Source of the DNA: an uncultured Verrucomicrobiae bacterium
Lineage (GTDB): Bacteria > Verrucomicrobiota > Verrucomicrobiia > Limisphaerales > Palsa-1400
NCBI GenBank assembly: GCA_963707025.1
Contig: CAVPOM010000003.1
Location: forward strand, 160,001-224,000
DNA: 64,000 nt
Direction of reading: 5' to 3'
Shown here: positions 21,301-32,777 of the stretch, one piece after another
How the letters are laid out: every line of letters begins with the position of its first letter
Numbering within the stretch: position 1 is the first letter of the stretch
Position numbers and translations under genes: made by a program
Notes under the pieces: model-generated
What the model saw: the letters and a program-made list of their open reading frames with translations, nothing else
Database searches by the model: none
What the model was told of the DNA's origin: nothing

Positions 21301-21547
21301 CCGGCCCCAGGGGGGCATGCGCCGGACAGAATTTACCGCCAAAATCGTCAAAGCCGCCCCGTTGGCGGATTGCTGGCATTTTGCGGCATACAAGAATTGC
21401 TTGGTTATTGGCAAATTGTGGGGAGCGGAAAAGGCGGCGGGGGGTTATTTCTGATTCGCGAAATCAGTTTGTTTCGGCCGCAGCCTGGCCCTTGCAGGAA
21501 CGGATCAGGTCATGTCTGGTGGCGTGCAGACGCCGGAGATTGAGATC

Positions 21548-24500
21548 ATGTTTTGCGCGGGTGTGAACATCGGCGCCTTGTCGGTCAAGGCCGTGGCGCT
21601 GCATGACGGGCGGAGGGAGCCGCGGATTGCGCCACATTGCGGCCGTCCCCTGGAAACCCTCAAGGCGTTGCTGGCCCAACCGGAGTTTGCCGGCGCGGAG
21701 TTTTTCGGCGTTTCGGGACAACTGGGCCATCTGACCGAGGTCGCGGCCATTCGGCGCGCCTTGCGCGAATTGGGGGAAGATTTCGATGCCGTCGTCTCGC
21801 TGGGCGGAGAGGCCTTCCTGGTTTACTTTCTGACCCGCGGCACCATTACCAATGTCCTTTCCCACAACAAGTGCGCCGCCGGCAGCGGGGAATTCTTCGT
21901 CCAGCAAATCGGCCGGATGGGACTGGGGTTGGAAGACGCCATCCAGCTCTCCTTCCAAGGCAAGGTCGTCCCGCTGGCCTCCCGCTGCTCGGTCCACTGC
22001 AAGTCCGACATCACCCACAAGCTCAACCGCAATGAGGCGGCCCCGGCCGACATTCTGCACACCCTGCACGACAGCATGGCCGGCAAGGTGGTGGCGCTGC
22101 TGGAAAAAGGGCTGCGTTCGCGCCGGCGCGTGCTTTTGATCGGAGGCGTCAGCCGCAACGCCGCCATGCTCGCGGCCTTGCGCGCCAAGCTGCCCGGCAC
22201 CGAATTTGCCGTGCTGCCGGAAAGTCCCTGGTTCGAGGCCTGGGGCACTGCTTTGCTGACCCGGGACGAGCCTGTCCACCGCTCTCCCAAGCTGTCGGTC
22301 CAGCCGCGCCTTGGCCGGCTCCGCCGCTCCGGCGCGTCGCCGACCGGGTCCAGGTCATCCCGGCCCCGGCCCGCCAGTCGCCCCCGGATGGCCCGATGGT
22401 GCTGGGAGTGGATGCCGGCTCGACCACCACCAAGGCCGTGCTGCTCGATCCGGCCACCGGCGGCGTGGTCGCCTCCCACTACCTGCGCACGCAGGGCGAC
22501 CCGGTGGCCTCGTTGCGCGCCTGCCTGCGCGCACTGGCGGAGCAGGTGGGCAACCGCCCCATCGGCCTGATGGCCACCACCGGCTCGGCCCGGGAAATCG
22601 TCGGCGCCTACCTGGGCACCGAATATGTTTTCAACGAAATCTCCGCCCACGCCGCCGGCGCGGGCCATTTCGACCCGGAGGTGGACACGATTATGGAAAT
22701 CGGGGGGCAGGACTCCAAATACATCCATCTGCGCAATGGCGTTCCCATTGACTATGCCATGAACAACGCGTGTTCGGCCGGTACCGGCTCGTTTCTGGAA
22801 GAAAGCGCCAAAAGCGACCTGGGCGTGACGGTGTCCGCATTATCGGGCGTGGCCCTGGACGCTTCCGCGCCGGTGCATTTCAAGGCGACCTGCGCGGCGT
22901 TCATCAACTCGGATATTCGGGCCGCCCAACAACAGGGATATTCGCACGATGACATTGTCGCGGGCCTGGTCTATGCCATCGCCGCCAACTACCTGACCAA
23001 GGTCAAGGGGCCGCGTCCGGTCGGCCGGAAGGTGTTTCTCCAGGGCGGCGTGGCCCTGAACCGCGCGCTCGGCCATGCTTTTGCCCATCAGGTTGGCCGG
23101 CCGGTGGTGATTCCCCCCGACCCGGAGTTGCTGGGAGCCTTGGGCGTGGCGCTACTGGCCTTGCAACGGTCCAAGAGCCCGGCGGACACGGCTGCGGAAC
23201 TGGGCGCCCTGGCGGCCTTGGAACTGGAGCGCGTGGGCCGCTTCACCTGCCATGCCTGCAAACTGTATTGCAGCATAGACCGCTTTAAAGTCGGCGGCCG
23301 CGTCTTCCCATTCGGCGGGCGTTGCAGCCTGTATGAGAATGTGTGGAAGCGAAAGTCGCGCACCGCCGCCGCTCCGGACCTGGTGGAGGAACGGACCAGC
23401 CTGCTCTTTGACCGTCCCTCGGCTGGCCCGGCAAACGCGGACTTGCGCATCGGCATTCCCAAGGCGCTCCTGACCCATTCTCTCCATCCGCTTTTCGCCA
23501 CCTTCTTCCACGGTTTGGGAATCGAAACGGTCCTGTCGGGCGTGGATCCGCAGGGCGATCTGAAGTCCAACGCCGGCTTTTGTTTTCCCGTGCAAATCGC
23601 CCACGGCGCGGTGCTGGATCTGGCCCGGCGCGGCGTGAAGCTGGTCTTCCTGCCGCAGGTGATGCACATGCCCCAGCCCAACGCGTGCGGCGATTGTTAT
23701 TTGTGCCCGATCACCCAGGCCAGCCCCTCCTTCATGGCCAAGGCCTTTCCAGACCTGCAATTCCTCTCGCCGCTGCTGGATTTCTCCAAAAGCTACGCCG
23801 CTTCTGCCGCGATGGTCGAGATGGCGGTTGGCGAGTTGGAGTTCCCACACGACCTGGCCGCCAGCGCCTGGACCGCCGCCGTCGGCGCCCAGGTGGAAGC
23901 GGAACGCGCGCTGCGGGAACTGGGCCAAAAGGCGCTCGACCAGGCGGTGGCAGAAGGGAAGCTGGCGGTTCTGCTGGCCGGTCACAGCTATAGCGCCTTT
24001 GCGCCGGAAGCCTCCCAATCGGTGGGCCGAAAGCTCTCCAGCATGGGCGTGACTGTCATCCCCGGCGATTGTCTGACGCCGGTCGAGGCCGGCCCCACCG
24101 CCTGGCACTTCGCAAACCAGATCCTCAATGCCGCCGCCATTGCGAAAAAGCATCCCAATTTGTTCCTCCTTTGCGTGAGCAATTTCAGTTGCACCATGGA
24201 CGCCTTCACCCAGTCCATCCTGGCTTCGGAGATGGGATCCAAACCCCACCTGATCCTTGAGATTGACGCCCACACCGCCGACGCCGGCATCCAGACCCGC
24301 TTGGAAGCCTTTCTGGACATCGTGGCCAACTACCACTCCGTCCATAATCCTCATCCCAATCTCAATCCCAATCTTAATCTTAATCCTAATCTTAATCTTA
24401 ATCCTCCCATCCGTCCCTTCAACCCGTGCCAATTGCTGCCGGGTGGCCGCGTCCTCCGCAGCAATGGCGAGTCGGTTCGGCTCGACGACCCCCGCGTGAA

Positions 24501-25794
24501 GATCCGTTTCCCCAATTTCTCCCAATACCACTCCGAAAGCCTGGCCCAGGCCGCCCGCTGGCTGGGTCTGAATGTGGGCGATACAGTCCCGCTTGAGCGC
24601 AATCAATTGGAGCGGGGCCTGGAGCACACCTCGGGGCGCGAGTGCCTTCCCCTGCCCATCTGCATCGGCCAACTGCTCCAGATCAGTGAGCGCCGCCCGC
24701 CCGGGGAAATCACCGGCTTCTACATGGTGCGCGGAGGCGCCCCCTGCGTCTCGGACTGTTACATGGGCTATTTTCAAAGGTTCATCGCCGAACAACAGTT
24801 GCCCGATCTGTTCCTCCTCAATCCCACCCCGGAAAACGGCTGGTGCGGCCTGGACCGCACCGCCCTGGTCCAAAGCGTTTCCCCGGCCATCCAAATGGCG
24901 GACATCCTGGTGGAGATCGAGCAAGTTCTGGGCGCGGTGGGCTTGCCCGCCAGCGTGGATCAGCTCCGCGCGCAATGGCGGCGGTTCCTGGAGGAGGCCT
25001 CCTCCCTGGACCAGTTCAACACTAATCTCCCGGCCTTGGCCGATTGGCTGGCCGCGCTGCCGCTCACACGAGACCCTTCGGCCTGTCCCAAGGTCGTCAT
25101 CACCGGCGACTTCTTCACCCGCTTCAGTCCCTTCTTCATGGAAGGTGTCCACTCGCTCTACGCCGCCAGCGGCATCATCCTCAAGCCGGTGGACCTGGGG
25201 GATATGGTGCAATACGCCACCTATCACGATGTGGCCGGAGCGGCCAGCGGTTGGGGCATGAAGCCGGGTGTGCCGGCTTTGGCCAAAGCCTGCCTGAGAA
25301 TGTTTCAGCCCGACGGCAAACAATATCTGCGGCAGTGGATGAACTATCACGCCGAACGCTGGCTGGAAGGCCGCTACCGCCAGATCTTCCGCAAGACCGC
25401 CCTGCTGGTGGCCGGCCCTAACAACGTCTCCTCCCTGTTCGATAAAGCTTCCCGCCACATCTCCCCGGCCATTTTTGGAGAGGCCATTCCCAGCGTCGGC
25501 AAAGGTTTGGAGGCCGCCAACGAAGGCTACGACGGCATCTTCCTCATCGGCCCTTTCAACTGCCTGCCCTACCGCATCTCCGAAGCCATCCTCAAACCGC
25601 TCAGCCTTCAGACCGACATGCCGCTTTTGACCTACGAGAGTGACGGCTATGCCGTTTCACCTTCCTTCCTCCGCCAGGTCGAAGTCCACATCGAACAAGT
25701 TCTCCAGCGCTCCGCCCAGCGCCGCCTGAAAATGGCCCAAATCCATCCCCTCCTCCCGCCCTCCCGCTTCCGCAAAATCAAGACGCCGGTTTGA
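21548..25794 (+). CDS. CoA-substrate-specific enzyme activase (two BadF/BadG/BcrA/BcrD ATPase domains plus DUF2229-like region), apparent frameshift near 22321
   Basis: KCAAGSGEF and SRCSVHCKSD in the first domain; GVDAGSTTTK, EIGGQDSK and MNNACSAGTGSF in the second; CFPVQIAHG and GRECLP downstream. One added C joins ORFs 21512-22570 and 22396-25794 as GRLPPLRRVADRVQV. Confidence 0.85.
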
Positions 25795-25852
25795 ACAGGA
25801 AGCGATAAACATTGACGGCGACCTTCAGTAAAAATTATTCTAGGATTGGAGT

Positions 25853-26704
25853 GTGAGAACATTAAGAGCATACCAGGCGCCCCGTCGGGAAGCACCCATC
25901 ACCGCCCGGGCCTTCACCTTGATTGAACTGCTGGTGGTCATCGCCATCATCGCCATTCTGGCGGCTTTGCTCCTGCCGGCCCTGGCCAGCGCCAAGAAAA
26001 CCGCCCTGGCCGCCAGTTGCCTCAACAATTTGAAACAACTCACCCTGGCCGCTCAGTTGTATGCCGGTGATTATGCTGACGCCATCGTCCCGAACGCACC
26101 CGGTGGCCCGACGTCCTGGGTGACGGGCAGTGTCCAGGGATTGCCGGGGGCGGCTAATCTGCCCGACATCACCAATTCGCTGCTTTATCCCTATAACCGT
26201 TCCCCCAAGATTTACCAATGCCCGGGGGACTTCGTCATCGTGGCGGGTTCATCGGCGCAGCGCATCCGCAGTGTCTCGTTGAGTTGCATGATGGGAAACC
26301 AGGAAGGCACTGCCGGTGACGTTCATCCAGGCTTGCTGGAAAACCTCAAATTCTCGCGCATCCAAAGCCCCGGTCCGGCCCAGGCCTTGTTTTTCGTGGA
26401 TGAGCAGACATCTCCCAATCCGGCCATGACCAGCCTGGACGACTGCTACTTTGCCATTAATTACGCGCACGGAAACCCCCTCTACGGCGGATCCGCCGGC
26501 AACGATTATGTCTGGCGCAATGTTCCCTCCAGCCGCCACGGCGACTTCGGCCAAACCTCTTTCGCCGACGGCCATGTCGCAAAAATGAAGTGGCTTGAAC
26601 CAAAAACGCAGAACTTGCAGGGGCTCAACAGCACGGGAACAGCTCCCGTGGACCTGGATTTGAAGCAAATATGGCAGTCCATTTATCCTCCTGCGCAATG
26701 GTGA
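25853..26704 (+). CDS. Prepilin-type N-terminal cleavage/methylation protein with H-X9-DG motif (DUF1559-like)
   Basis: [33 protein letters not shown] and [14 protein letters not shown]. Confidence 0.92.
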   Translation: MRTLRAYQAPRREAPITARAFTLIELLVVIAIIAILAALLLPALASAKKTALAASCLNNLKQLTLAAQLYAGDYADAIVPNAPGGPTSWVTGSVQGLPGAANLPDITNSLLYPYNRSPKIYQCPGDFVIVAGSSAQRIRSVSLSCMMGNQEGTAGDVHPGLLENLKFSRIQSPGPAQALFFVDEQTSPNPAMTSLDDCYFAINYAHGNPLYGGSAGNDYVWRNVPSSRHGDFGQTSFADGHVAKMKWLEPKTQNLQGLNSTGTAPVDLDLKQIWQSIYPPAQW

Positions 26705-26814
26705 AGCCAGCGCGCTCGAGTCGCCGGGGCCGCCATGTCAGGCGGCGCCATGTCCTTTCACTTTGGCCGCCCGCAACGGTGCCGGAAAACTACCCGCCCG
26801 GCGCCTCATCAAAC

Positions 26815-27033
26815 CTACAAGGTCTCCCAGGCACCGTTCGCCTTGTTGTAGCGGAACGAACGGGATCGGTTTTCATCCTGAAAATGAAACCCCGTCTCAT
26901 CCTCGTAACCCAGCGGCGCCTCCGCTTCAATGGCCGCTCGCAGCCTGGCCGCCAGCCGGTTCCACCGCCGCCTGGCGACACCATTTCCGAGCAGAAAACC
27001 CTGGCCCTTTTTTGTGGTATGGCTGCCAATCAT
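26815..27033 (-). CDS. Small hypothetical protein with an APxGYEDETGFH motif
   Basis: EAPLGYEDETGFHF resembles small verrucomicrobial proteins as I recall them; start uncertain. Confidence 0.45.
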   Translation of the reverse strand: MIGSHTTKKGQGFLLGNGVARRRWNRLAARLRAAIEAEAPLGYEDETGFHFQDENRSRSFRYNKANGAWETL

Positions 27034-27295
27034 CTTGCTTTTGAATAAAACATGAGAGTGGCTCAACGGCTCCCCAATCCTTGGCATTTGTTGGACAAAA
27101 ATTGCGCGGCCTCCCGTCATGGACCCATTCCGATGGCCCATCACGCCACCGCCCGCGCAGCAATCGCGCCAGGCGGAATTTCTTCAAGGGTGACTTCGTG
27201 CCAAAGATAATCTTAAGTGAGGTTATGGTTCAACCAGCGGCAGATTGTTTTCCAGCTTCATCTTCCTTTAAGGTTGCACCGCGTAAAGTGATGCC

Positions 27296-28888
27296 ATGAA
27301 AAAACTAACGCAGATCCTGGTGGTTATGCTGGCCCTCGGCCCGGCAACCGCCTGCCTTCGCGCCGCCCAAACTTACACCATCGTCGCCACCGCCCAGGGC
27401 AAGTGTTACGACAACCGCGGCGAAATCGCCCCGCCCAAACCCGGCCAGCCTTTCTATGGCCAGGACGCCCAGTTCCAAAGCCATCCCCCCAGTTACACCC
27501 TCGGCGCTGATGGCCTGACCGTTCACGACAACAACACGGACCTGACCTGGCAGCGCAGCCCGGACACCGATGGCGATGGTTTGCTGACCTGGCGCGACAA
27601 GCTGACCCTGGCCCAGGCACAGGCCCTTCCCGCCAAGCTCAACGCCGCCAAGTTCGGCGGGTTCGACGACTGGCGCCTGCCGTCCATCAAGGAACTTTAT
27701 TCGCTCTTCGACGCCCGTGGCACCGATCCCAGCGGCCCGGGCACCGAAACTTCCGGCCTGAGGCCGTTCCTCGACACCAATTTCTTCAAGTTCGCCTACG
27801 GAGACACCAGCGCCGGCGAGCGCATCATTGATTCCCAATACGCCTCCGGCACCCTGTATGCCGGCCGGTCCGCTCGCGGCTTTGGCAAACTTTTCGGCGT
27901 CAACTTCGCCGATGGCCGGATCAAAGGCTATGACCTGCAAATGCCGGGCGGCGCGGAGAAAACCTTCTTCGTCCTGTGCGTGCGCGGCAACCCGAATTAC
28001 GGCAGGAACGACCTCCAGGACAACGCCGACGGCACCATCACCGATCGGGCCACGGGCCTGATCTGGTCCAAAGGTGACAGCCGCCAAGGCATGAACTGGC
28101 AGGACGCGCTGGCCTGGGCGCAGCAGCAGAACGCGGCGAAATTCCTCGGCCACGATGACTGGCGGCTGCCCAGCGTGAAGGAATTGCAAAGCATCGTGGA
28201 CTACTCGCGCTCACCCGACACGACTCAATCGCCCGCCATCGCTCCGGTCTTCCATTGCGCCACGATCACCAACGAGGCCGGCCAGGCCGACTTCCCATGC
28301 TACTGGTCGGCCACAACACACGCCGGGTTCCTTGGCGGTGGCGCCGCGATGTATCTCGCTTTCGGTCGCGCGGCGGGCTGGATGCCGCCACCAGGCTTTG
28401 CCGGCGGTGGAGGTGGAGGAGGCGGGAGACGCGGCGGTCCGGCCAATCAGGGCGGCTTTCACCTGATGCCCCCGCTGGCTCGGGAGCAACTGGATCTGAC
28501 GGCTGACCAGCAGAAACAACTGGCGGACCTGGAACTGGAAGCAAAGGCGAAGCTGGAAAAAATTCTGACATCCGAACAAATGCAGCAGTTGAGTCAATTC
28601 CAGCCACCACCGCGCCAACGCGGCCCGGGCATGGGCGGCCCCGGCATGGGTGGTCGCGCCAGGGGTGGCCCGGACAGAGGCGGCCCCGGCATGGAAGACC
28701 CGCAGGATATGGCGGCGAGAGGCGGCAACGCCAACAATTACCATTTTGAGGACGTCCACGGCGCCGGCGCACAACGGAGCGATCCCAAGGCCGGCGACCC
28801 GGCCATGTTCCCGCATGGCCGCGGGCCGCAGGGCGATGTCATCCGCATTTACAATTACGTCCGCCTCGTCCGCGGCGGACTGAACTGA
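27296..28888 (+). CDS. Secreted protein with two DUF1566 (Lcl C-terminal) domains
   Basis: Two copies of TxxDxxTxLxW...DDWRLPSxKELxS; ends NYVRLVR. Confidence 0.88.
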   Translation: MKKLTQILVVMLALGPATACLRAAQTYTIVATAQGKCYDNRGEIAPPKPGQPFYGQDAQFQSHPPSYTLGADGLTVHDNNTDLTWQRSPDTDGDGLLTWRDKLTLAQAQALPAKLNAAKFGGFDDWRLPSIKELYSLFDARGTDPSGPGTETSGLRPFLDTNFFKFAYGDTSAGERIIDSQYASGTLYAGRSARGFGKLFGVNFADGRIKGYDLQMPGGAEKTFFVLCVRGNPNYGRNDLQDNADGTITDRATGLIWSKGDSRQGMNWQDALAWAQQQNAAKFLGHDDWRLPSVKELQSIVDYSRSPDTTQSPAIAPVFHCATITNEAGQADFPCYWSATTHAGFLGGGAAMYLAFGRAAGWMPPPGFAGGGGGGGGRRGGPANQGGFHLMPPLAREQLDLTADQQKQLADLELEAKAKLEKILTSEQMQQLSQFQPPPRQRGPGMGGPGMGGRARGGPDRGGPGMEDPQDMAARGGNANNYHFEDVHGAGAQRSDPKAGDPAMFPHGRGPQGDVIRIYNYVRLVRGGLN

Positions 28889-28992
28889 ACCAAGGCAAAG
28901 GATGACAAGCCGGGAACCGGGCCCCTTTGCCTTTATCTTTTGCCCAATTTCCTGCTGGCAGCGGAGCCGGAAACCGGCCAGGCTGTGCCCTT

Positions 28993-29889
28993 ATGAAATC
29001 CCAAATCTCCATTCAACAGGTCCTTCCGGCCCGCGCCCTCGCCTGCCTGGCGGTCCTGGCCATGACTTCCTATTCTTCCCCCGCCCAGAATCCACCGGCC
29101 GCGGGCGCCGCCAATCCGCCCGAACAAATCGAAGGCTTCAAAGAGCACTTGCTCCCCGGCGGCAAATGGTACCAGCATGACCCCGGCCGCCCCCAGCCGC
29201 CCATCGTCACCCCCGGCGCCAATTTTAGCGCGGGCGCTGCGCCGCCGTCGGACGCGGAAGTTCTTTTTGACGGCAAGGACCTTTCCAAATGGGAAAACAC
29301 CCGGGGTGAAGCCGCCAACTGGAAGGTTCAGGACGGTTATATGGAGGTGACGCCCCCCAACGGCAACGATATCCGCACCCGGGGCAAGTGGTCTGATTTC
29401 CAACTGCATGTGGAATGGGCGGAGCCAACCCAGACCGCCGGCCTGCACGGCCAGTCCCGCGGCAACAGCGGGATTCTTATCAACAATATGTACGAGGTCC
29501 AGGTGCTCGATTCCTACAACGATAAAACCTATGCCGACGGCCAGGCCGGCGCCATTTACGGCCAGATGCCCCCATTGGTCAACGCCTCCAAGCCGCCGGG
29601 CCAATGGCAGACCTACGACATCATCTGGGAATCCCCGCGCTGGAACCAGAACCGCGAACTGGTCCAGAAAGCCTGCATCACCGTCCTGCACAACGGCGTC
29701 GTCATCCAGCACAAGACCGAGTTCATCGGCAGCACCGACGGCATCGGCGGCGGCGTCCCCTGGCGGGGGACCTCAAAGTACACGCCGCATTCCCCGGAGG
29801 TCTTCGTGCAATTGCAGAACCACAACGCCAACCCGGTCCGTTTCCGCAACATCTGGATACGCGACCTCCATCTGGTGGAGCGGCAGTAG
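28993..29889 (+). CDS. DUF1080 / 3-keto-disaccharide hydrolase family protein
   Basis: LFDGKDLSKW, GNSGI, YEVQVLD, GQWQTYDI and LQNH...VRFRNIWIR motifs. Confidence 0.92.
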   Translation: MKSQISIQQVLPARALACLAVLAMTSYSSPAQNPPAAGAANPPEQIEGFKEHLLPGGKWYQHDPGRPQPPIVTPGANFSAGAAPPSDAEVLFDGKDLSKWENTRGEAANWKVQDGYMEVTPPNGNDIRTRGKWSDFQLHVEWAEPTQTAGLHGQSRGNSGILINNMYEVQVLDSYNDKTYADGQAGAIYGQMPPLVNASKPPGQWQTYDIIWESPRWNQNRELVQKACITVLHNGVVIQHKTEFIGSTDGIGGGVPWRGTSKYTPHSPEVFVQLQNHNANPVRFRNIWIRDLHLVERQ

Positions 29890-29898
29890 TTACATTTT

Positions 29899-30019
29899 GA
29901 GACCTCTGCAAAACGCGCGTCCACGATTGTAGCGGCGGTCTATGCCCGCCGCAAACCAAGGGAAATAACGGCATGGCGACGGTCATAGACCGCCGCTACA
30001 GGCCTTTTGCAGAGGTCGC
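29899..30019. mobile_element. MITE-like element enclosing an inverted pair of GTAG REP-like units
   Basis: Outer IR GACCTCTGCAAAA/TTTTGCAGAGGTC; inner IR TGTAGCGGCGGTCTATG/CATAGACCGCCGCTACA; ATTTT on both flanks. Confidence 0.75.
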
Positions 30020-30026
30020 ATTTTGA

Positions 30027-32777
30027 CTATTCCTTCGCGTCACCGACGGGCAGCGGCAGCTCCGCCGTGAACGCCAGGTTCGGATCGCCGCGCCGCAGCA
30101 AGGTCTCGCACAACGTCCGCAGCGCGGGCTGGACCTTGTGCTGCGTCACCTGCCCGTCGCAATCCAGGATCACCGGCTTTTTGAAATCCACCAGACGGCT
30201 GTCCAGCAAAATACTCCCCTGGGTCACATGCGTGGCGCTCACCGTCACCCGGTTGTCCCGGCAGGCCGCGTCAATTTCCTTCCCCTTCCCCGGCGCCTCC
30301 GTCCGCACCCAGAAAAAGTCCGTGATCACCTTGTCCGTCATCAGCCATGTGATTTCCCGCGGAACCGGATTGCGCGTCACCGGATACATCTCCAGAATCT
30401 TGTCCCGGTCCGGCAGCCCGGTGTGCGGGTTGTTGGGAATAAACTGGACGGTCACCGGATAAATGTCTGTCCGCTCTCCCCGCAGTTGGCGGATGGATTC
30501 CCGGAACTTTTGGTCCCGGTCGAACCGGCCGTAGTCTTTGTCCAATTCCCCCACCATCACGGTGAACACGGTGCTCCGCAGGGTCTTGCCCGTCGTTTCC
30601 CCGTCGGTCGGCGCGCCGGCGCTGGCGTGGATGGCGGCAAACAGGTCAGGCTCCTTCGGCCCGATGGCAAACGCCCCGTAACCCCCGTGCGAATAGCCCA
30701 TGATGAAGACCTTGTTGCAGTCCACGTCCCCGAACAGCATGCATTGCCGGACCAGGTTGTCAATCAATGGATAAACGTACACGTCATAAAAACCGTTCCA
30801 GGTGTCGTTGGGCGCCCGCAAGGCCAGATACTTGTAGCCGCCCGCTTCGGGGTGGTCCTTGTAGTAATGCTGCATCTGCACCCATTGGCTGTCGTTCACG
30901 CTCTTGGCCGTGCCGCCGCCGCCGTGCATGGCGATGAACAGCGGCCACCCCTTGGCCGGCCGCGTCCCCACCGTCCTCACCGTGTAGGGGCTGAGATACT
31001 TCTGAAAGGTCACTTGATTGGAGTCGAAATCGTTTTTGGCCGCCTGGTGGATCGGCGCCGCCTGGTAAGCTTCCCACGCGGCGCGCCGCGCGCCCGCTTC
31101 GTCGTTCCGAAGAAGTTTTTCCACGCCGCTGGAAAATTTCCACTTCGCCTGCTTGTCCGCCGGCGCGGTGAAGTAGCCGGCCAGTTCTTTCTTCAGTTTT
31201 TCCGCGTCCGCAGTCTTGAGCGGCCGGGCCATCGTGGGCGGCGCGTCGGCGGGCTGTGGCGGATGCCACGGAATCGTGCTGTCCGCCAGGGAAATGACCA
31301 CCGGCCCCGGCGCCGCCGCGTTGCGGCCGCTGCCGGTGTTCGCGCCCGGAGCGCTGTACATCCGCCCGGCCGTCTGCCCGTAAAGTTCGCAACGGATTTC
31401 GTAGGTCTGCCCGCGCGGAACTATAAATGACAGCGCTTCGTTTGTCCCGCCCTCTTCGTCTTTGCTCATCCCTTCAAAGTGGACATCGTGGTGGAGGATG
31501 TCGGTGACCGCGACTTTGGTCGCAACGGGCTTGCCGGCCAGGTGATCGAGCACCTTCACTTGCAGCCGCACATGGTCCTTGTCCGGTTCGTCCGCCGGAT
31601 CATGGAGCGCGACCACGGCGATCACCTCGTCATTCGTTCCCATCGTGAAGGCCTTCTCCACGACCTTCCCGTCCAATTCCGCCTTGATTTGGTAAACCTG
31701 TCCCCGCTTGACATTAAACGTCAGATACTCGTTCAGGTCCGCCTCCTCGTTCTTGCTCGTGCCGGCCAGGCAAACCGCATAATTGGTCGGGCCGCTGACC
31801 GTCACCTTTGCGGCGACCCGCCGCCCATCCGGCGCCTCCACCACCTTGACCTGCAACCGGCTCAGGTCCGCCTCCGCCTTGGCGGCGGCGGCGGTGTAAC
31901 GGTCCGTCACATTGACCACGTCCACCATCCACTCCATTCCCGGATACGACAGGCCCGTTTTCTTGAAACTGCTGGCGTAAATGGAATGAATCGGCACATC
32001 TTTGAGCGCCAGCGAGGCGTCGTGTTCGAACCAGGCGTGGTCCAGCCCCTTCGCGTCCGGTTCCGCCGCGCCGGCAAAGTGCCACTGGCCGTCCCACACC
32101 TCCACCCAGGCATGGTTGCCGCGATTGTCCGCCCACATCGGGATTCCCGCCACTCGCGCCGGCACCCCCACCGACCGGCAGGCATCCACCAGCAAAATGG
32201 ACAACCCGCTGCACGTCGCCAATCCCGTGCTCATCGTTTCCGACGGACTTTGAATCGCCTTGCGCCGCGCCGTCGAGTATTTGACATGGACCAGCGGGAA
32301 AAGTTTTTTGTTCAGCAGTTTGGCCGCTTCGCCCGGCGACGCCGCGCCGGCCGCCAGCGGAGCGGATTTCTCCCGCAGCGTCGCGCCCCACGCCTCGCGC
32401 GTCTCGCTCAGGCAGGCGTAAGGCAGAACGTCGTTGAGAAAGATATCCCTGGGCACGCGGTCGTGCCACGGCGCTTTGGCAAAAGCGTCATAGATCAGCG
32501 CCACATGATCCAGCAGAAACCGCGCCGATAAACTCCGCAAATCGGCCGGCGGCATGTTTTCCACCAGGAACTGCATTCCGTCGCGCTGGGCCTCCGGCGT
32601 TTGTGCCAGCGCACCGGCTAGTTCCGGGCGGTTGGTCCCCGCCTGGTTCAGCGCCTGTTCGGCGGCTTCCGACCACCAGCCCGCGCCCGCTCCGGGCGGC
32701 GCGGCCTGCGCGATGGCGGAGAGCAACAGCAGCGAAACGCCCGCCAGCATTCCCCGCCAACAACCCTTCCGCCGCAT
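30027..32777 (-). CDS. Secreted transglutaminase-like domain protein fused to an alpha/beta hydrolase
   Basis: Signal peptide; ATCSGLS...VGVPARVAG...NHAWVEVW (transglutaminase-like); MHGGG and GYSHGG (GxSxG nucleophile elbow). Confidence 0.82.
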   Translation of the reverse strand: MRRKGCWRGMLAGVSLLLLSAIAQAAPPGAGAGWWSEAAEQALNQAGTNRPELAGALAQTPEAQRDGMQFLVENMPPADLRSLSARFLLDHVALIYDAFAKAPWHDRVPRDIFLNDVLPYACLSETREAWGATLREKSAPLAAGAASPGEAAKLLNKKLFPLVHVKYSTARRKAIQSPSETMSTGLATCSGLSILLVDACRSVGVPARVAGIPMWADNRGNHAWVEVWDGQWHFAGAAEPDAKGLDHAWFEHDASLALKDVPIHSIYASSFKKTGLSYPGMEWMVDVVNVTDRYTAAAAKAEADLSRLQVKVVEAPDGRRVAAKVTVSGPTNYAVCLAGTSKNEEADLNEYLTFNVKRGQVYQIKAELDGKVVEKAFTMGTNDEVIAVVALHDPADEPDKDHVRLQVKVLDHLAGKPVATKVAVTDILHHDVHFEGMSKDEEGGTNEALSFIVPRGQTYEIRCELYGQTAGRMYSAPGANTGSGRNAAAPGPVVISLADSTIPWHPPQPADAPPTMARPLKTADAEKLKKELAGYFTAPADKQAKWKFSSGVEKLLRNDEAGARRAAWEAYQAAPIHQAAKNDFDSNQVTFQKYLSPYTVRTVGTRPAKGWPLFIAMHGGGGTAKSVNDSQWVQMQHYYKDHPEAGGYKYLALRAPNDTWNGFYDVYVYPLIDNLVRQCMLFGDVDCNKVFIMGYSHGGYGAFAIGPKEPDLFAAIHASAGAPTDGETTGKTLRSTVFTVMVGELDKDYGRFDRDQKFRESIRQLRGERTDIYPVTVQFIPNNPHTGLPDRDKILEMYPVTRNPVPREITWLMTDKVITDFFWVRTEAPGKGKEIDAACRDNRVTVSATHVTQGSILLDSRLVDFKKPVILDCDGQVTQHKVQPALRTLCETLLRRGDPNLAFTAELPLPVGDAKE

